Positions 35,635-48,235 of a stretch of DNA of 53,172 nucleotides are shown one piece after another (the stretch's first letter is position 1; each line of letters begins with the position of its first letter). Made by a program: the position numbers and the translations under genes. The notes beneath the pieces were generated by a model. It was given only the letters and a program-made list of their open reading frames with translations. It was not told the origin of the DNA and did no database searches. The stretch lies in the NCBI RefSeq assembly GCF_000181795.1, contig NW_003526940.1, positions 2,929,011 through 2,982,182 of the forward strand. Reading direction: 5' to 3'. This stretch comes from Trichinella spiralis. Its lineage: Eukaryota.

Positions 35635-36130
35635 TTTCGATGCTAACATTCAGCAACCATCACTCCTAGTTTTAGCTGAAAACTGCAGCTGTAGACAATT
35701 TATCAATTTTAGATTTTCCTTTTGTATTTGAATAGCCTTCAACTAGCCTTTATCAGAACAATATCTGTCAAACAGCAAAGAACCTTTGACATAAATCTGA
35801 TTTAATTATTAGCTAAGAAGGTGATTTATATGACGAGTGAAAGCAACTGTTAGCTGACATTTCTTTTGAACAGTGTTTATGAACGCAGGTGGATAAATGT
35901 AAAGCAGTTTAGAAGCGGAAAAAAAGCGATGAACAGCACTAAGCAGAAAAGCTGTTAAAGCTGCTTCAAATTCACTCTGCAGTGTACATCGCATTGTTTG
36001 ATGTCAGCATTTGATTAATAATCTTCTGTCAACATCAACAAAAGGCACTGATGTCACATGGAAATCACAAGTTGATCTTGAATTGTTGATAAAATAACAA
36101 ATGAAAACTAAATGTTGTTGCAAAATGATA
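35635..36130 (+). repeat. Diverged copy of the dispersed transposon-associated non-coding module
   Basis: TGCTAACATTCAGCAA...TTTTAGCTGAAAACTGCAGCTGT matches 40253-40320 and 47206-47270. The 35940-36130 part is the reverse complement of about 45295-45510. Confidence 0.75.
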
Positions 36131-36540
36131 TTTAAAATGGAATTCAAAATGAGAGATATATTCGAGATTTAAGCTATCTAACTGAACTTTTGACTGTTAC
36201 TTAGCCACTGGCTCACTACCTTTCTTGCTCTAACTGAATAAAATTGAATTCTGCTTCATAAATTGGTTTTGAATTATCTACAAATAACTCATACAGTCCA
36301 CTTCTTGGTCATTTTTAAGTTTTACTCTTAAAATATTTTCAAACAGCTTTGTTTAGCGTCAATTTCTTTGCGCTTTTTTCCTCATCATTGCTTTGAGATT
36401 TTTTAGATGATAGAGGCAATAATAATGTAGTTCAGTTATAAAACAAATAGATTGTTATAAAAATTGGGAAATGTGATAATTTATGTCCATATAAAGGAAT
36501 TTAATGGTGAAGCGCACTCTTTGCATAGTTCATTTTTATT

Positions 36541-36590
36541 TGTATTATATTACATTATATTGTATTGTATTGTATTGTATTATATTGTAT
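36541..36590. repeat. (TATTG)n-type microsatellite
   Basis: Imperfect TGTAT/TATTG tandem run. Similar low-complexity tracts lie at 41130-41280, 46505-46620 and 47940-48000. Confidence 0.7.
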
Positions 36591-38489
36591 TTTTATACTA
36601 CTGAGTAGAGTATTGAAGTACGAGAGATGGGGAGATATTCTGCTGTCCAACAACAAATTTTCGGACTTATGGCTTGTCACATAAATAAGACTTCAACTTA
36701 CAACTTTATCTTCAAAAATGATTGGCATCTGTTACGATAATAATGATGCGCTACGTTAAGTCACTCATAAGTCATTCGGCAATCAGCATTGAAATGCAGT
36801 ATAGTACATTAGCAAATAGGCAATCAAAGAAAGGACGCCAAAGTTGCGCGGACAAACAATGATTGCCTTTTCTTGTTATTTAAATGTTTTTATGCATAGC
36901 TGAGGTTGCAGAGTCAAACCGTGGTTTTTTGAGATATACAGTTGTTATATGTATCAAAATTGTTTTTTTGAGATGTGTATCAAGTATTAAGTATTTTTTT
37001 AAAACTTTGGATGAAAATCTTTTTGAGCAGTGTGTTTCAGATGTTATATTTTATGAGATCAATTAATTATTTGTGTTCATGAAATTATTTCTTTACTTTT
37101 CAATAATTTATTTTAGGTGATGCACTTGAAGCATTTCAGGGATTTGGTAATCTTGAAATGACCTGGTTCAGTAGCATTGTAGGACGTTCAAACAATGCTA
37201 GGTGATGAAATGCTAATCACCGATTCTTTAATCCTACTAATTGAGCTTTATGTTTAGAATGTGTATATTTATTTTTTGAGAAAGAGGATGAGAAAGAAAA
37301 TTCTTTAATTTTTTACAGTTGATTTTTACGTGCCACCACTAACGGTCGGATCATGCACGCCACTACTCAAGGGTCAGTTTCTTTCATAGTGATATGGCTA
37401 TTGCACGGATAGGAAATTCATTTTATGTTTGCACTGAAATTAATCAAAATGATGCAAACATATATGTGTGCATTTTTTCAGTATAGGGACGACGACAGTA
37501 TACAAGTGTACGTGAGAGTCCCAACCCATTACCCCACTTTGAAGCGTTTTAATTGCACTTTTTTAGTTCTCAACGGCACTCGAAACTATTCCTCTCTCTT
37601 GCTTTCATTGCTGTTTTGCACGCATCTGATCTGTCTAGTCGTTCACGTTCACGACATTCAATATTATAATACGTTTATATTTCATTTCAGTTTTCTAAGA
37701 TATTTCTGATTTCATTGTTTTTTGATTTTTGCAAGCTTTCAGTGAATATGTTTTATTAAGTAAAACATAATTTAGGTATACATTTGTTGATGAAATATTT
37801 TGGCAATTTATTTTCAAATTTTAATGCTTTTATACGTTAATATATAATTTATCGAATGCCAAGATTGTTTGATTGTGTCCAATACTAAAATGTTTCCGTT
37901 AAATGTATATATTTGTAATATCACGGTATATTCCACATCCTGCTCGTAAATTAGTTCAAGTAATCAAATTTAACAAATATAGGCTTTCAGTTATGTTGGA
38001 ACATGAAAAATCATTTGTCGTCATATATGAATAAATTAAATTTCAACAATATCAGTTTAACAAACGGATGTTCAGAGTTATTACAAATTGCAACAGAAAC
38101 GCTTGATGAATGAACCTTGTTAAAATATTTTTGTACTCAGGCTCTATTTTCATTTATAACAGTCTTTAAAGAAACCAGGTATTGTTTCAAAATGGACTAA
38201 CATTGAATATTGACTTCAGTCAGTTACCTTCTATTCTCACAGCAACCTCTTCATAAAATATTGTTTAGCAAAAGAACATTCTGAAAATTATGGATGAATT
38301 TTATGATAAAAATAAAGGCTAAAATATGGCTGTTAAAAAAAGCAAAACTTTATTTGCATCTTTTAATACAGGAATCTGAAACATTTCTAAAACGTTATCT
38401 TACTACGAAAATACATATCAGTTATCCGTATTGAAATTAAAAAAAAATTCTTCATTATTTATTATAACTTTAATTTATATTCTTTAAAT

Positions 38490-39225
38490 ACATGAATGGT
38501 GAGCATCTGCTGGTACCATTCAAGAACAGTTTTAAACGTTCCATCCATGAGCCATCTCTTGTAAATTTTCTTCTGTGCAGAATATTAAAACAGATTAATG
38601 TTTGTTCATAAATTAAAAGACATTACGAAATATAAGAGTAGCACATTTCATTTATTCATTCATATTTCACATTTCAAATAGCATTTATTATTATAGATGA
38701 AAAATGACCAGATTTTGTTACATGCGCGTGCTGAAATTTTAGCTGCTGATAGTCAAGAAAAACGTTTGGCCCGGCTTCTGTACATTGCCGATTTCACTGT
38801 TTTGAATGGCGGGAACTGACCAGCAGTTTCCACGTTGGTTGATGCAATGCTGCTTTCTTCCCGGTATATTTGCGGCACCGGTTTCGTTTCTTCCCCGGCT
38901 CGGCGTTTAAGAGTGTTCCTCTTTTCAATTTTATACAATACAGAATCGTCAGCAGTGCATGTTTCTGCATGAGGCTCTGTTCTCGACACGGTGCTTACTT
39001 CGAGATTGGTGTAAACCGTACCCCTACATCCACTTCTCACCTACACGAGAAATCAGAATGCTGATTGGTAAAAATGGCATATAATAATGATAAAATATTA
39101 CGTACATGACTGCAAACCCACTGTTTCTCTTCAAAATTTGTGTGTTTCAGGAAGTGAACTCTACCTTCGTAAACTAAATTATAGTTATTTCGATTATTTA
39201 AAACCAAATGTAAATTATCAGCCAT
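38490..39225 (-). mobile_element. FLYWCH-MULE transposase relic, family 1 (5' half)
   Basis: Exon 39225-39106 (MADNLHLVLNNRNNYNLVYEGRVHF...KQWVCSH), intron 39105-39041, then VRSGCRGTVYTN...KSAMYRSRAKRF*. A decayed MDGTFK-type segment lies at about 38495-38580. Confidence 0.82.
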
Positions 39226-39329
39226 GAAATAACACTAATCAAAGCGAAGTCAAGCGTAGAGAAGAGAAAAGTGGAAAATGGTGGAAATGGTAGTCGTTTC
39301 TGATTATATATATAAAAACCTGCTCCCAC

Positions 39330-39870
39330 GGCTTGTAACTGAATTTGTTGCTTGTTCAGATTTGTTATCTAGATTTGATGTAAACTTCCGGGTGTAATGT
39401 CAAAATACTGAATAATCTGTTTGTAAAATCTGGATTGTTGTGCCAACACTTTCAATTTACTGCTTACAAATGGCGCTGATGCTCATGTTACGTGTTAGCT
39501 TGCAATTTCACTGAATTTTATGCATGATTTCACGCATATGGCTTTATCGAAAATTGATCGCGTTTCTCGTCACATCGCATTTGTTGGTAAAGGCGATTTT
39601 AATACAAAGAGAAAATGCACAATTGACAAATTGTTCACAGTTGCAGCTTTCAAGCTTAACCAAGGAGTAACAACTACTAAATTGTTAGCATCTGATTAAT
39701 TTCTTGATTTTACTAGAAGTGTTCTATTCAAATCGTTCTCGTTTGCAATCCAAGAATTTATTCTTTACAAAGTTTCTTCCTTTTTGAAATATCCATCTAT
39801 GCTTTTTTATAAATTGCGATGACGTTTTGTATGAAAAATTTTGTTTGACGCTCACTTGTTATATAAAATA
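39330..39870. repeat. Diverged direct repeat of 43270-43820 (upstream region of family-1 MULE genes)
   Basis: Colinear similarity (AACTTCCGGGTGTAAT, TTACAAATGGC, GTTTCTCGTCACATC, AATTGACAAATTGTTCACAGTTGCAGCTTTCAAGCTTAACCAA, TATAAAATA). Both copies lie 5' of a minus-strand MULE gene. Confidence 0.85.
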
Positions 39871-40287
39871 CTTTGAAAATGCAACAACAAGCAAATCAGC
39901 TAAATCATAAGCGCTGCTTTTGATTCTGAATGCTTAAAATTTCGTTACCATTGAAATACAGGTTGAAAGGTTGCAAATGTAAATGGAAAGCAATGGCAAC
40001 TTAAGTGTTCATCAACGTATTAGTCGGTTTCGTTCGATGTTCAAAAAGAAAGTTTACAATTTACACCAAATATACAAATAAACTTTTTTTTGTAAATAAA
40101 ATTGCAGATTTTAATTTTTTTTATTTAAATAAAACAGAAAAAAACAATAACACTGGTAAAAAAGAGCAAAGCTTTGTGAGGTTTAAAGTTCTTTGATTGC
40201 AAGCAGGAAAGATTTTCAAAATTCAGTCAAGCTAAATAAGGAAAGTATTTCTATGCTAACATTCAGCAATCATTGTTCCTAATTTTA

Positions 40288-40923
40288 GATGAATAGCTAC
40301 AGCTGTGGGCAATTTATTACTTGTTGATTTTTCCATCGTATTACAATCGCCTTAAACTGGTCATCAAACAATTTCTGACACGAAAAAACTATGCATACAT
40401 CTCGTATAATTGCCAGCTGAAATGTAATTTATCGACGAGTAATCATCTGCTGTTTGAAATTCTTATGAACAGTTCTTATGTACTTTGGGTGATAAAAGTA
40501 GAACCCTCTGGTTGCGGATGCCAACAAAGAAAGAAATGGACTGCACCGAGCAGAAAAGCTTTTGAAGCTTCTTCATTTCACAGAGCATCATGTTCTTTGA
40601 TGGAGGTAGACCCGATTTCCCCTCTGACTCCGCCTACTTCTTCGCAGTAAAATTTCATTGGTTGCTGCTCTGACGCGTGCCTGTAAATTTCATTTGTTGT
40701 CACTCCTATGCATTTTATTTGTCAAATATTATTTCATTCTATTTGTCAAATTTTACTTTATTCTATTTGTTAAATTTTATTTCTAACCTTTTGACTGTTT
40801 TATAATAATTCTGTTGTTCTCAGATTGAGGAAAGTAAGAGAATGAAATTACGATGAAAAAAAACAATACAATACAATACATATGACTGGAGCAAAATGGC
40901 GTTTTTTATCGTATTAATGTAAA
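40288..40923 (+). repeat. Dispersed repeat, uninterrupted counterpart of 22783-23421
   Basis: Near-identical sequence that continues GTAAA|TATCACC where the other copy has GTAAA|LTR. Confidence 0.92.
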
Positions 40924-41345
40924 TATCACCTATGGAAGAATTTGGCGGTATTTTTGTTTTCATATTCATTGCAGTGTTCTGAATTTTACATACCAAATTA
41001 CATTTTACATTTTACTTATAGTTAAATGCGTAGGTCATGGTTTTATTTATTTGAGAAGACATTAATCAAACTATTTTTACATAGCACGGAATCTCCTGAT
41101 CTATCGTATTTATACCGTTTTATTCAGCTGTACAAAGTATAACAGTATAATACAAAACAACAATAATACAATACAATACAATGCAATACAAAATAATACA
41201 ATACAAAACAACAATATAACATAATATAATACAATACAAAACAAACGAACAATATAATAAAACAAAACATCATAAAATAGAAAAGCAATAAAAAACTGTA
41301 CAAGATTAAATAAAAATAATGCAGTTGTACAGAAAAGGCTGGCAC

Positions 41346-42802
41346 TCAGTAATTCTCCGCCTCGGGTACTAGGTACGCCACAGCTCTTAAAAACTGCTCC
41401 AGTGTACGCGTACCGCCACTGTATTCTGCAGTCAACGCTGTTATGCGTTGCTGCAGTTCTTCATATTTCTTATTTTTTATCTGTAAATCACTGGCGGTAA
41501 CGCGTCCTGATGTCACTTGTTGAATCAACGTTTCCGTTGATCCCTGCTCATCGATCAGCAACTGGAGCAGTTCATAAAAGCCGAGGTGTCGCTTCCCCGC
41601 AAGTCGGTTCATTTTGAAGTGCCCGTCTTCCAAATCATTGTTTGTGCGAATATTTACATTATATACATTCCACAGCGGGAGTCTGTCAGGGGGCATCCAT
41701 TCCGCTCTGAAGTAATTAAAAACAAGGCTGCTATTGAACCCGTAGCATCTCTGCCAAGCAGCTCCACGGCAACAGGTACATCATGAGGCGGCAAGAAAGC
41801 CGTTGCCAGCAACATTGACTTTATTCTTGTATTGTTCACCATGGATGTAACTGGTACGCATCCCAAGATCCGTCACCTTCCAGAGAACTGCTTGGCAGAA
41901 ATGGAAATAACAGCCTTGTATGTGGATCCCCGGAAATGCCCTCTGCATCAGAGGGATCAGGGCGAACTCAAAATCGCAAATTACTGTTTGCGGCTGTAGG
42001 ACCACTCCCAACGCTGCCGCCTTTAAAATTGAATTATCGAAAATTTCACGATACGTGGAGAGATCTTTATGGACGGTTAAACAATAAGCAAGTGGCACTA
42101 ATTTACCAGCAATAAAAACATGGATGGTGAACAATTTGCTGGTAACATTCTGGAACTATTTTGAAAGTTCCATCCATGGACCAGACAGAATGTTCAGATA
42201 AAATTGATAGATTTTCTTCTGTACAAAATATAAAAATGGAATTATGTGCATTATTATAGAATAAAAAGCGGCGATCAGACTTCGACATTCACCAGTGGGG
42301 TGGAATCTCCAGCTACTGGCGAGTTGGCGGAAGTCTTGGAAATTTTTGTGCCCGTTTTCTGTACATTGCCGTTTTAACACTTTTATACGTTGGAAACTGA
42401 CCAGCAGTTTCCAAATCAGCAGATGCACTGCTTGCTTCTTCGTGGTATATCTGCGGGACGGTCTTCATTTCCTCCGCTGCCCGTCGCTTGAGAGCATTTT
42501 TTTCTCCATTTTATAAAGGATGTCATTGCCAGGGGGGCAATCATCTGTATAAGGATTGCAATCCAAGACTGCGTCCACATCCAAGTTCGTGTAGATTGAA
42601 CCCCGGCATCCTTTTTTAACCTACATGATGAACTTGAATTGAATGAACAGAAATGAGATATTAGATAAAATATTAAAATTACCTGACGGCAAACCCACTG
42701 TTTATCTTGCATGTTCGTATGTTTCAAATTGTAAACTCTTCCTTCATGTACTAAATTGCAATTACCTCTTTCATTTAAAACCAAATGCAAATTTTCAGCC
42801 AT
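41346..42802 (-). mobile_element. FLYWCH-MULE (Mutator-like) transposase pseudogene, family 1, nearly full length
   Basis: Exon 42802-42683 (MAENLHLVLNERG...KQWVCRQ) and intron 42682-42621. Frameshifted pieces follow with WSMDGTFKIVP, FTIHVFIAGKLVPLAYCL, VICDFE, GCYFHFCQA and RTNNDLE..H, which are MULE DDE motifs. Confidence 0.9.
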
Positions 42803-43216
42803 GAAATAAGACAAATCAGAGGAACGTCAAGCACAGAGAGCAGATAAGGGGTAAGATGGAGAGAACGCGGTTCGTTACTGATTATATATATGAACCATAT
42901 ATCCAATTGACCAGAGCTACTACACTTTAAGGGTAAACACTCAAAACGTATGTTTGAAGCGCAATACCCGAAAATGAACAACTAACGCAGAGCAGTAATG
43001 ATAACGCCTTTCTTGAGTGAACATTTATTCAACAACAACCTACTCTTAGCGAACAGATATTTATATATAAAATCACTTTTGGTTTTGAATAAGGTCAACT
43101 CTTTGCAGCAACTGCCGTCGGCAATTTTCCTTATCATATTTGCATAAGGTTACTATCGTGACGCGTCTTGCTATTTGTAGCTGTCGATTCAACGGATTTT
43201 ACCAGTTCTGGATGCG

Positions 43217-43222
<6 letters not shown>

Positions 43223-43268
<46 letters not shown>
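43223..43268. repeat. (AT)23 microsatellite
   Basis: Perfect dinucleotide run. Confidence 0.97.
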
Positions 43269-43271
<3 letters not shown>

Positions 43272-43820
43272 CTCTGTTTGTAAATAAATTTATTGCCTGT
43301 TGAAATTTATCAAGATTGGATGTTAACTTCCGGGTGTAATATCAGAATACTGAATAATCTATTTGAAAAATCTGGAATGTTGTAGCAACACTTTTAATTT
43401 CCGGGTTACAAATGGCACTAATGCTAACGTTATGCGTTAGCTCGCAATTTCATTTAATTATACGCATGATTAAACGCATATGCCTTTGTCAAACATTGTT
43501 CATGTTTCTCGTCACATCACATATGTTGGTAAAGGCGATTTTAATACAAATGCAAAAATTGACAAATTGTTCACAGTTGCAGCTTTCAAGCTTAACCAAA
43601 GAGTGAAAGCTACTAAATTGTTAGCATCTGATGAATTTCTTGATTTTACTGGGAATGTTCTATTTTAATCTTTCTTATTTGCAATCCAAGAATTTTACTT
43701 TAATATTTACAAAGTTTATTTCGTTACAAAACATCCATATATGTATTTTTATACATGTCGATGAGGTTTGTGGTTTGTATGAAAAATCCTGTTTGACGTT
43801 CATACATTTCATATAAAATA

Positions 43821-43940
43821 CAGTCGAACTTCATTAAGTGCATAAGATTTTGGCCGATAAAAATTCCCTATAGCTAATTAAACGGGAAAATAATGGATAA
43901 GTGCATGGAAATTCTTTCCAGATTCCACTAACCAAGTTCA
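43821..43940. mobile_element. Probable Tigger/pogo-like terminus inserted at TA
   Basis: TA|CAGTCGAACTTCATTAAGTG begins exactly where similarity to the paralogue (39861-39870 ATATAAAATA|CTTTG) stops. The partner TIR was not found. Confidence 0.5.
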
Positions 43941-44378
43941 AATGTAATAGGATTACGTAACTTTAATAGTGGTGACGTAACATTAATAATGAAATTATTC
44001 CTTATTTGGGAATTGTTTCAATCAAGATTTATAAGTTTTATCATTCATTGAAATTTTGTTTTTCCAATATATTATTAGTGAAGTTTATACTTTTTAGTGA
44101 TCAACGTTTTCAATAATAACTTTTATTATTATTCTATATTTTATTGTACCACAGTGACGTTATATCAAATGCGATAATAATAATTCAGAAAAAAACGATA
44201 CGATACAAAAATAAATTAAATAGTGATTTTCATTTTTCACGAATCAAGAGCAGCAACAACAACAGTAAAGAACAGTCAACAACAACAACAATAAACAATA
44301 TAACAGTGAACAATATTAACAAAGTGGTATCAGAGAGATTTCAAAATCACAAATTATTGTTTGTGGATTATGATTGAC

Positions 44379-45127
44379 GTAAGATCTTTATCCGTACATA
44401 AACAATAGACTGCTGGCACCAGCTTTCCCGCCAAAAAGGTATGGATGGGAAACAGTTTTTGATACCATTGTGGTACAATCTTGAATGTACCATCCAATGC
44501 CCAGGTTCGCCTGGTTGCCATCAGTCTAATGTTAGAACCCGTAGCCAATACCAATATATGACTCGATGCACTCTGCCACAGCAAACAATCTTCACCGGCC
44601 ATTGTTGTCCTGAATGCGTCAGGGATTTGCTAGTTCTGACGATGTTCAGGCAGTTTTAGGTATCGCTTTGTCCGATGGCTGTACATCGTGGACTTCATCC
44701 GCTTGAAAAGCGGAAAATGGCCAGATGCAGATGGCACAGCGGACGCGGCGGAAACTTCATCGTAAATGGCGAGGATGGGTTTTGTTTCTTCCGCGCTTCG
44801 TTTTTTCAAAACCGCCTTTTTTTCCATTTTGTATGCTAAATGCTCATCCACTGGGCAGCTTTCAATGTGATCCTTTTGCGTGATCACATATGTCACATCC
44901 AGGTTTGTCCATATGACACCCTTGCAGCCTTCTCTGCCCTATACCAAAGTAACCTAACCCTTAATAACGAAGCACACACACTGTACATTTAGCGCATACT
45001 TTTGAGCAAACCCAATGTTTTCCCTGTTTATTGGTGTATCTCAATTTGTATATGTCCTTCCTTGAGAAACAAGAGACGTACTTCCGCCACGATTTGTTAC
45101 AAAACGCAGCTCAGAAATATCAGCCAT
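44379..45127 (-). pseudogene. FLYWCH-MULE transposase family 2, 5' half
   Basis: MADISELRFVTNRGG...KHWVCSK with a 2-nt insertion, intron 44999-44939, then GCKGVIWTNLD...HIESCPVDEH, an internal stop, and WALDGTFKIVPQWYQKLFPIH...CLCTDKD, where it breaks off. Confidence 0.87.
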
Positions 45128-46147
45128 TGTGAAAATGATAAACAGAACAGAAAATGATTCAAATAACTCTCGAATGCAAAACGCAGGACCAAACAAAAGT
45201 GAANNNNNNNNNNAGAAAATGATTCAAATAACTCTCGAATGCAAAACGCAGGACCAAACAAAAGTGAATTGGACGGTTTTGAATTCTATTTTTAATAACC
45301 ATTTTGCAACAATATTTAGTTTTCATTTCATATTTTATCTACAATCGAAGATCAACTTGTGATATTCCTTGTGGCACTAATGCCTTTTGTTGATACTGAC
45401 AGAATAAAATTAATCACACACAAATGGCGCACAAATGCTGACATCAAACAATGCGATGTCCACTGCAGAGTGAATTTGAAGCAGCTTTAACTGCTATTCT
45501 GTCCATTGGTGCTGTCCATCGCTTTCATTCCGCTTTCAAAATGTTTTACTTTTATTTATCTGAGTTCATGAGAAAAATTTCGTTTTAGCTGGCAATTATA
45601 TAAGAATTATGTATAAGATGCGCTTATCCATTTGTTAGAAATTGCTCTAATACAAAGCATCGATTATGCCAAATGCACCGATTTCCCTCCTGATATTAAT
45701 CTGCTCTCACCAATTTGTAAATAAATGGTGCTGGCCTGATGAAAATTATCAAGATTGGAGATTAACTTTCTGGNNNNNNNNNNNNNNNNNNNNNNNNNNN
45801 NNNNNNNNNNNNNNNNNNNNNNNNNNNNNNNNNNNNNNNNNNNNNNNNNNNNNNNNNNNNNNNNNNNNNNNNNNNNNNNNNNNNNNNNNNNNNNNNNNNN
45901 NNNNNNNNNNNNNNNNNNNNNNNNNNNNNNNNNNNNNNNNNNNNNNNNNNNNNNNNNNNNNNNNNNNNNNNNNNNNNNNNNNNNNNNNNNNNNNNNNNNN
46001 NNNNNNNNNNNNNNNNNNNNNNNNNNNNNNNNNNNNNNNNNNNNNNNNNNNNNNNNNNNNNNNNNNNNNNNNNNNNNNNNNNNNNNNNNNNNNNNNNNNN
46101 NNNNNNNNNNNNNNNNNNNNNNNNNNNNNNNNNNNNNNNNNNNNNNN

Positions 46148-46491
46148 TTCAATGTACGCGACTGCCGCTATGGAATGTACATAATGTAAATATTAGGACA
46201 AATAACCACTTGGAAGGTTGGCATAATCGGCTCAACAGAAAAGCGGCTAAAAGTCATAACGGGTTTTATGAACTGCTTGAGCTCCTGATAGCGGAACAGG
46301 GTGTTATAGACACCCTGATTCAACAGGTGCTATCAGGAAACGTGACCATTGGTGACTTAAGACGGGTAAACAGGGTTTATGCTCAAAAGCAACGACGGGT
46401 TGCACAATATACGGGTGAATACACCAACGGTAGACGCACTCTGGAGCAGTTCCTAGCAGCTTTAATGTATTTAACGCCGGAGCCGATTTAG
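46148..46491 (+). pseudogene. MULE transposase C-terminal part
   Basis: RLPLWNVHNVNIRTNNHLEGWHNRLN...GFYELLELLIAEQG...RRTLEQFLAALMYLTPEPI*, homologous to 41346-41696. Confidence 0.87.
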
Positions 46492-48087
46492 TGCCGCCTT
46501 CCAAGTGGTGGCTTGTATTATATTTTTATTCTATTTTGTTGTGTTGTATTGTACTATATTATATTTGTATTGTATTGTATTATACTCGTATTTTATTTCA
46601 TTGTATTGTATTATTCTTTTTCGTCGTTTCTACTTTGTTAACATTTTTCACTGTTATGTTGTTTATTGTTGTTGTTGTTGACTGTTCTTTACTGTTGTTG
46701 TTGCTACTCTTGACTAGTGAAAAATCAAAATCACTATTTAACTTATTTTTGTATCGTATCGTTTTTTCTGAATTATTATTATCGCATTTGATATAACGTC
46801 ACTGTGGTACAATAAAATATAGAATAATGATAAAAGTTATTATTGAAAACGTTGATCACTAAAAAGTATAAACTTCACTAATAATATATTGGAAAAACAA
46901 AATTTCAATGAATGATAAAACTTATAAATCTTGATTGAAACAATTCCCAAATAAGGAATAATTTCATTATTAATGTTACGTCACCACTATTAAAGTTACG
47001 TAATCCTAAATGGAATATTTGAACCAATGAAATGAAGAATATTACAGCTAATCACAACTGAAGAGTTTGAATCAATGAGCAATTAGATAAGGAAAACTAA
47101 TAAGACGACAAATTGAAGGTCCAATGAAATAGCGAGTTCAACGACCAGTAAAATTAGACCGTGAAAATTTGTCCCGGAATCCACCATCCCTAGAAAAGTG
47201 TTTAAATGCTAACAAATTAGCAGTTGCCATGCCTAGTTTTAGCTGACAACTGCAGTTGTGGACAATTCATCACTTGTTGATTTTTCCATTGTATTACAAT
47301 CGCCTTTAGCTAATCATCAGAATATTTTCTGACAAACGGAAAAGTATCTAATGCATAAATCTCACATAATTACTAACTAAAACGTCATTTATCTGACAAG
47401 CAAAGCAACTGTTGGTTGGAATTCTTCTGAACAGTATTTATACATTCGGCGTGATAAAAGTAAAGCACTTTGATGATGCTAACAGAATGAAAGCAATAAA
47501 TGGAACGGACCAGAATAGCTGTTTTTTTTCAAAACTTTGCTTTTTATCAAATTATTTGTTTCGCACCATTTAATGTGGCGCTGCGTCTATATGAACATCA
47601 CCTCCTTTTTTTATATCAATCAAAAAATTCAGTTTTTTCCATAAAAATTATGCGATATCATAAGATTAAGAAAAATTATCAACCATGCTGCCATGAATAC
47701 ATAAATTAAACAGCGAAACCTTGAATTAGAAATCTTACCATTGGTAGAAAACGAATATTTAACAAATGGAACTTCTTAAGAGTGACAACCATTCATTTAA
47801 ATGTGAAAAAGCAGGCGAAGTTCCCTTTAGGAAAACAGTTCCACTCATTATTAAAATTATAAGAAAAATCTTGAATACAATATAAACTGAAAGCATAAAA
47901 ATTCGGTAAGATAAAGGTTAATGCGACCATTCAAGTGGTGGGTTGTATTATATTTGTACTGCATTGCACTGTATCTGTATTGTACTGTATTGTATTGTTC
48001 TTTTTATTTTTTTTTTCATAGTAATTTCATTCTCTTACTTTCCTCAATCTGAGAACACAGAATTATTTGAAAACAGTCAAAAGGTTA

Positions 48088-48235
48088 GAAATAAAATTTG
48101 ACAAATAGAATGAAATGAAATTTGACAAATAAAATGAAGTAAAATTCAACAAATAAAATGAAATAAAATTTAACAAATAGAATGAAATAAAATTTGACAA
48201 ATAGAATGAAATAATGTTTGACAAATAAAATGCAA
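48088..48235. repeat. 24-bp minisatellite (about 6 units) within an inverted copy of the dispersed repeat
   Basis: Unit approximately AAAATTTGACAAATAGAATGAAAT. The copies at 23212-23285 and 40711-40783 have only three units. Confidence 0.85.

Larger units (their letters stand above)
43949..47007. mobile_element. MULE family-2 unit with about 375-bp inverted termini and a 9-bp TSD
   Basis: 43949-44325 is the reverse complement of about 46632-47007 (AGGATTACGTAACTTTAATAGTGG...). Flanks are AAATGTAAT (43940-43948) and AAATGGAAT (47008-47016). It contains two N-gaps. Confidence 0.78.

Noticed and set aside
41124..41345. Hydrophobic Tyr/Cys/Leu-rich ORFs (also 46491-46796)
   Set aside because: They are translations of TATTG-type low-complexity tails downstream of MULE stops.
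45150..45268. About 54-bp direct repeat flanking the 10-N gap
   Set aside because: Identical sequence on both sides of a nominal gap is an unmerged contig overlap, not a biological repeat.
45664..46189. Long ORFs of 144-172 aa
   Set aside because: They consist almost entirely of N-gap codons.
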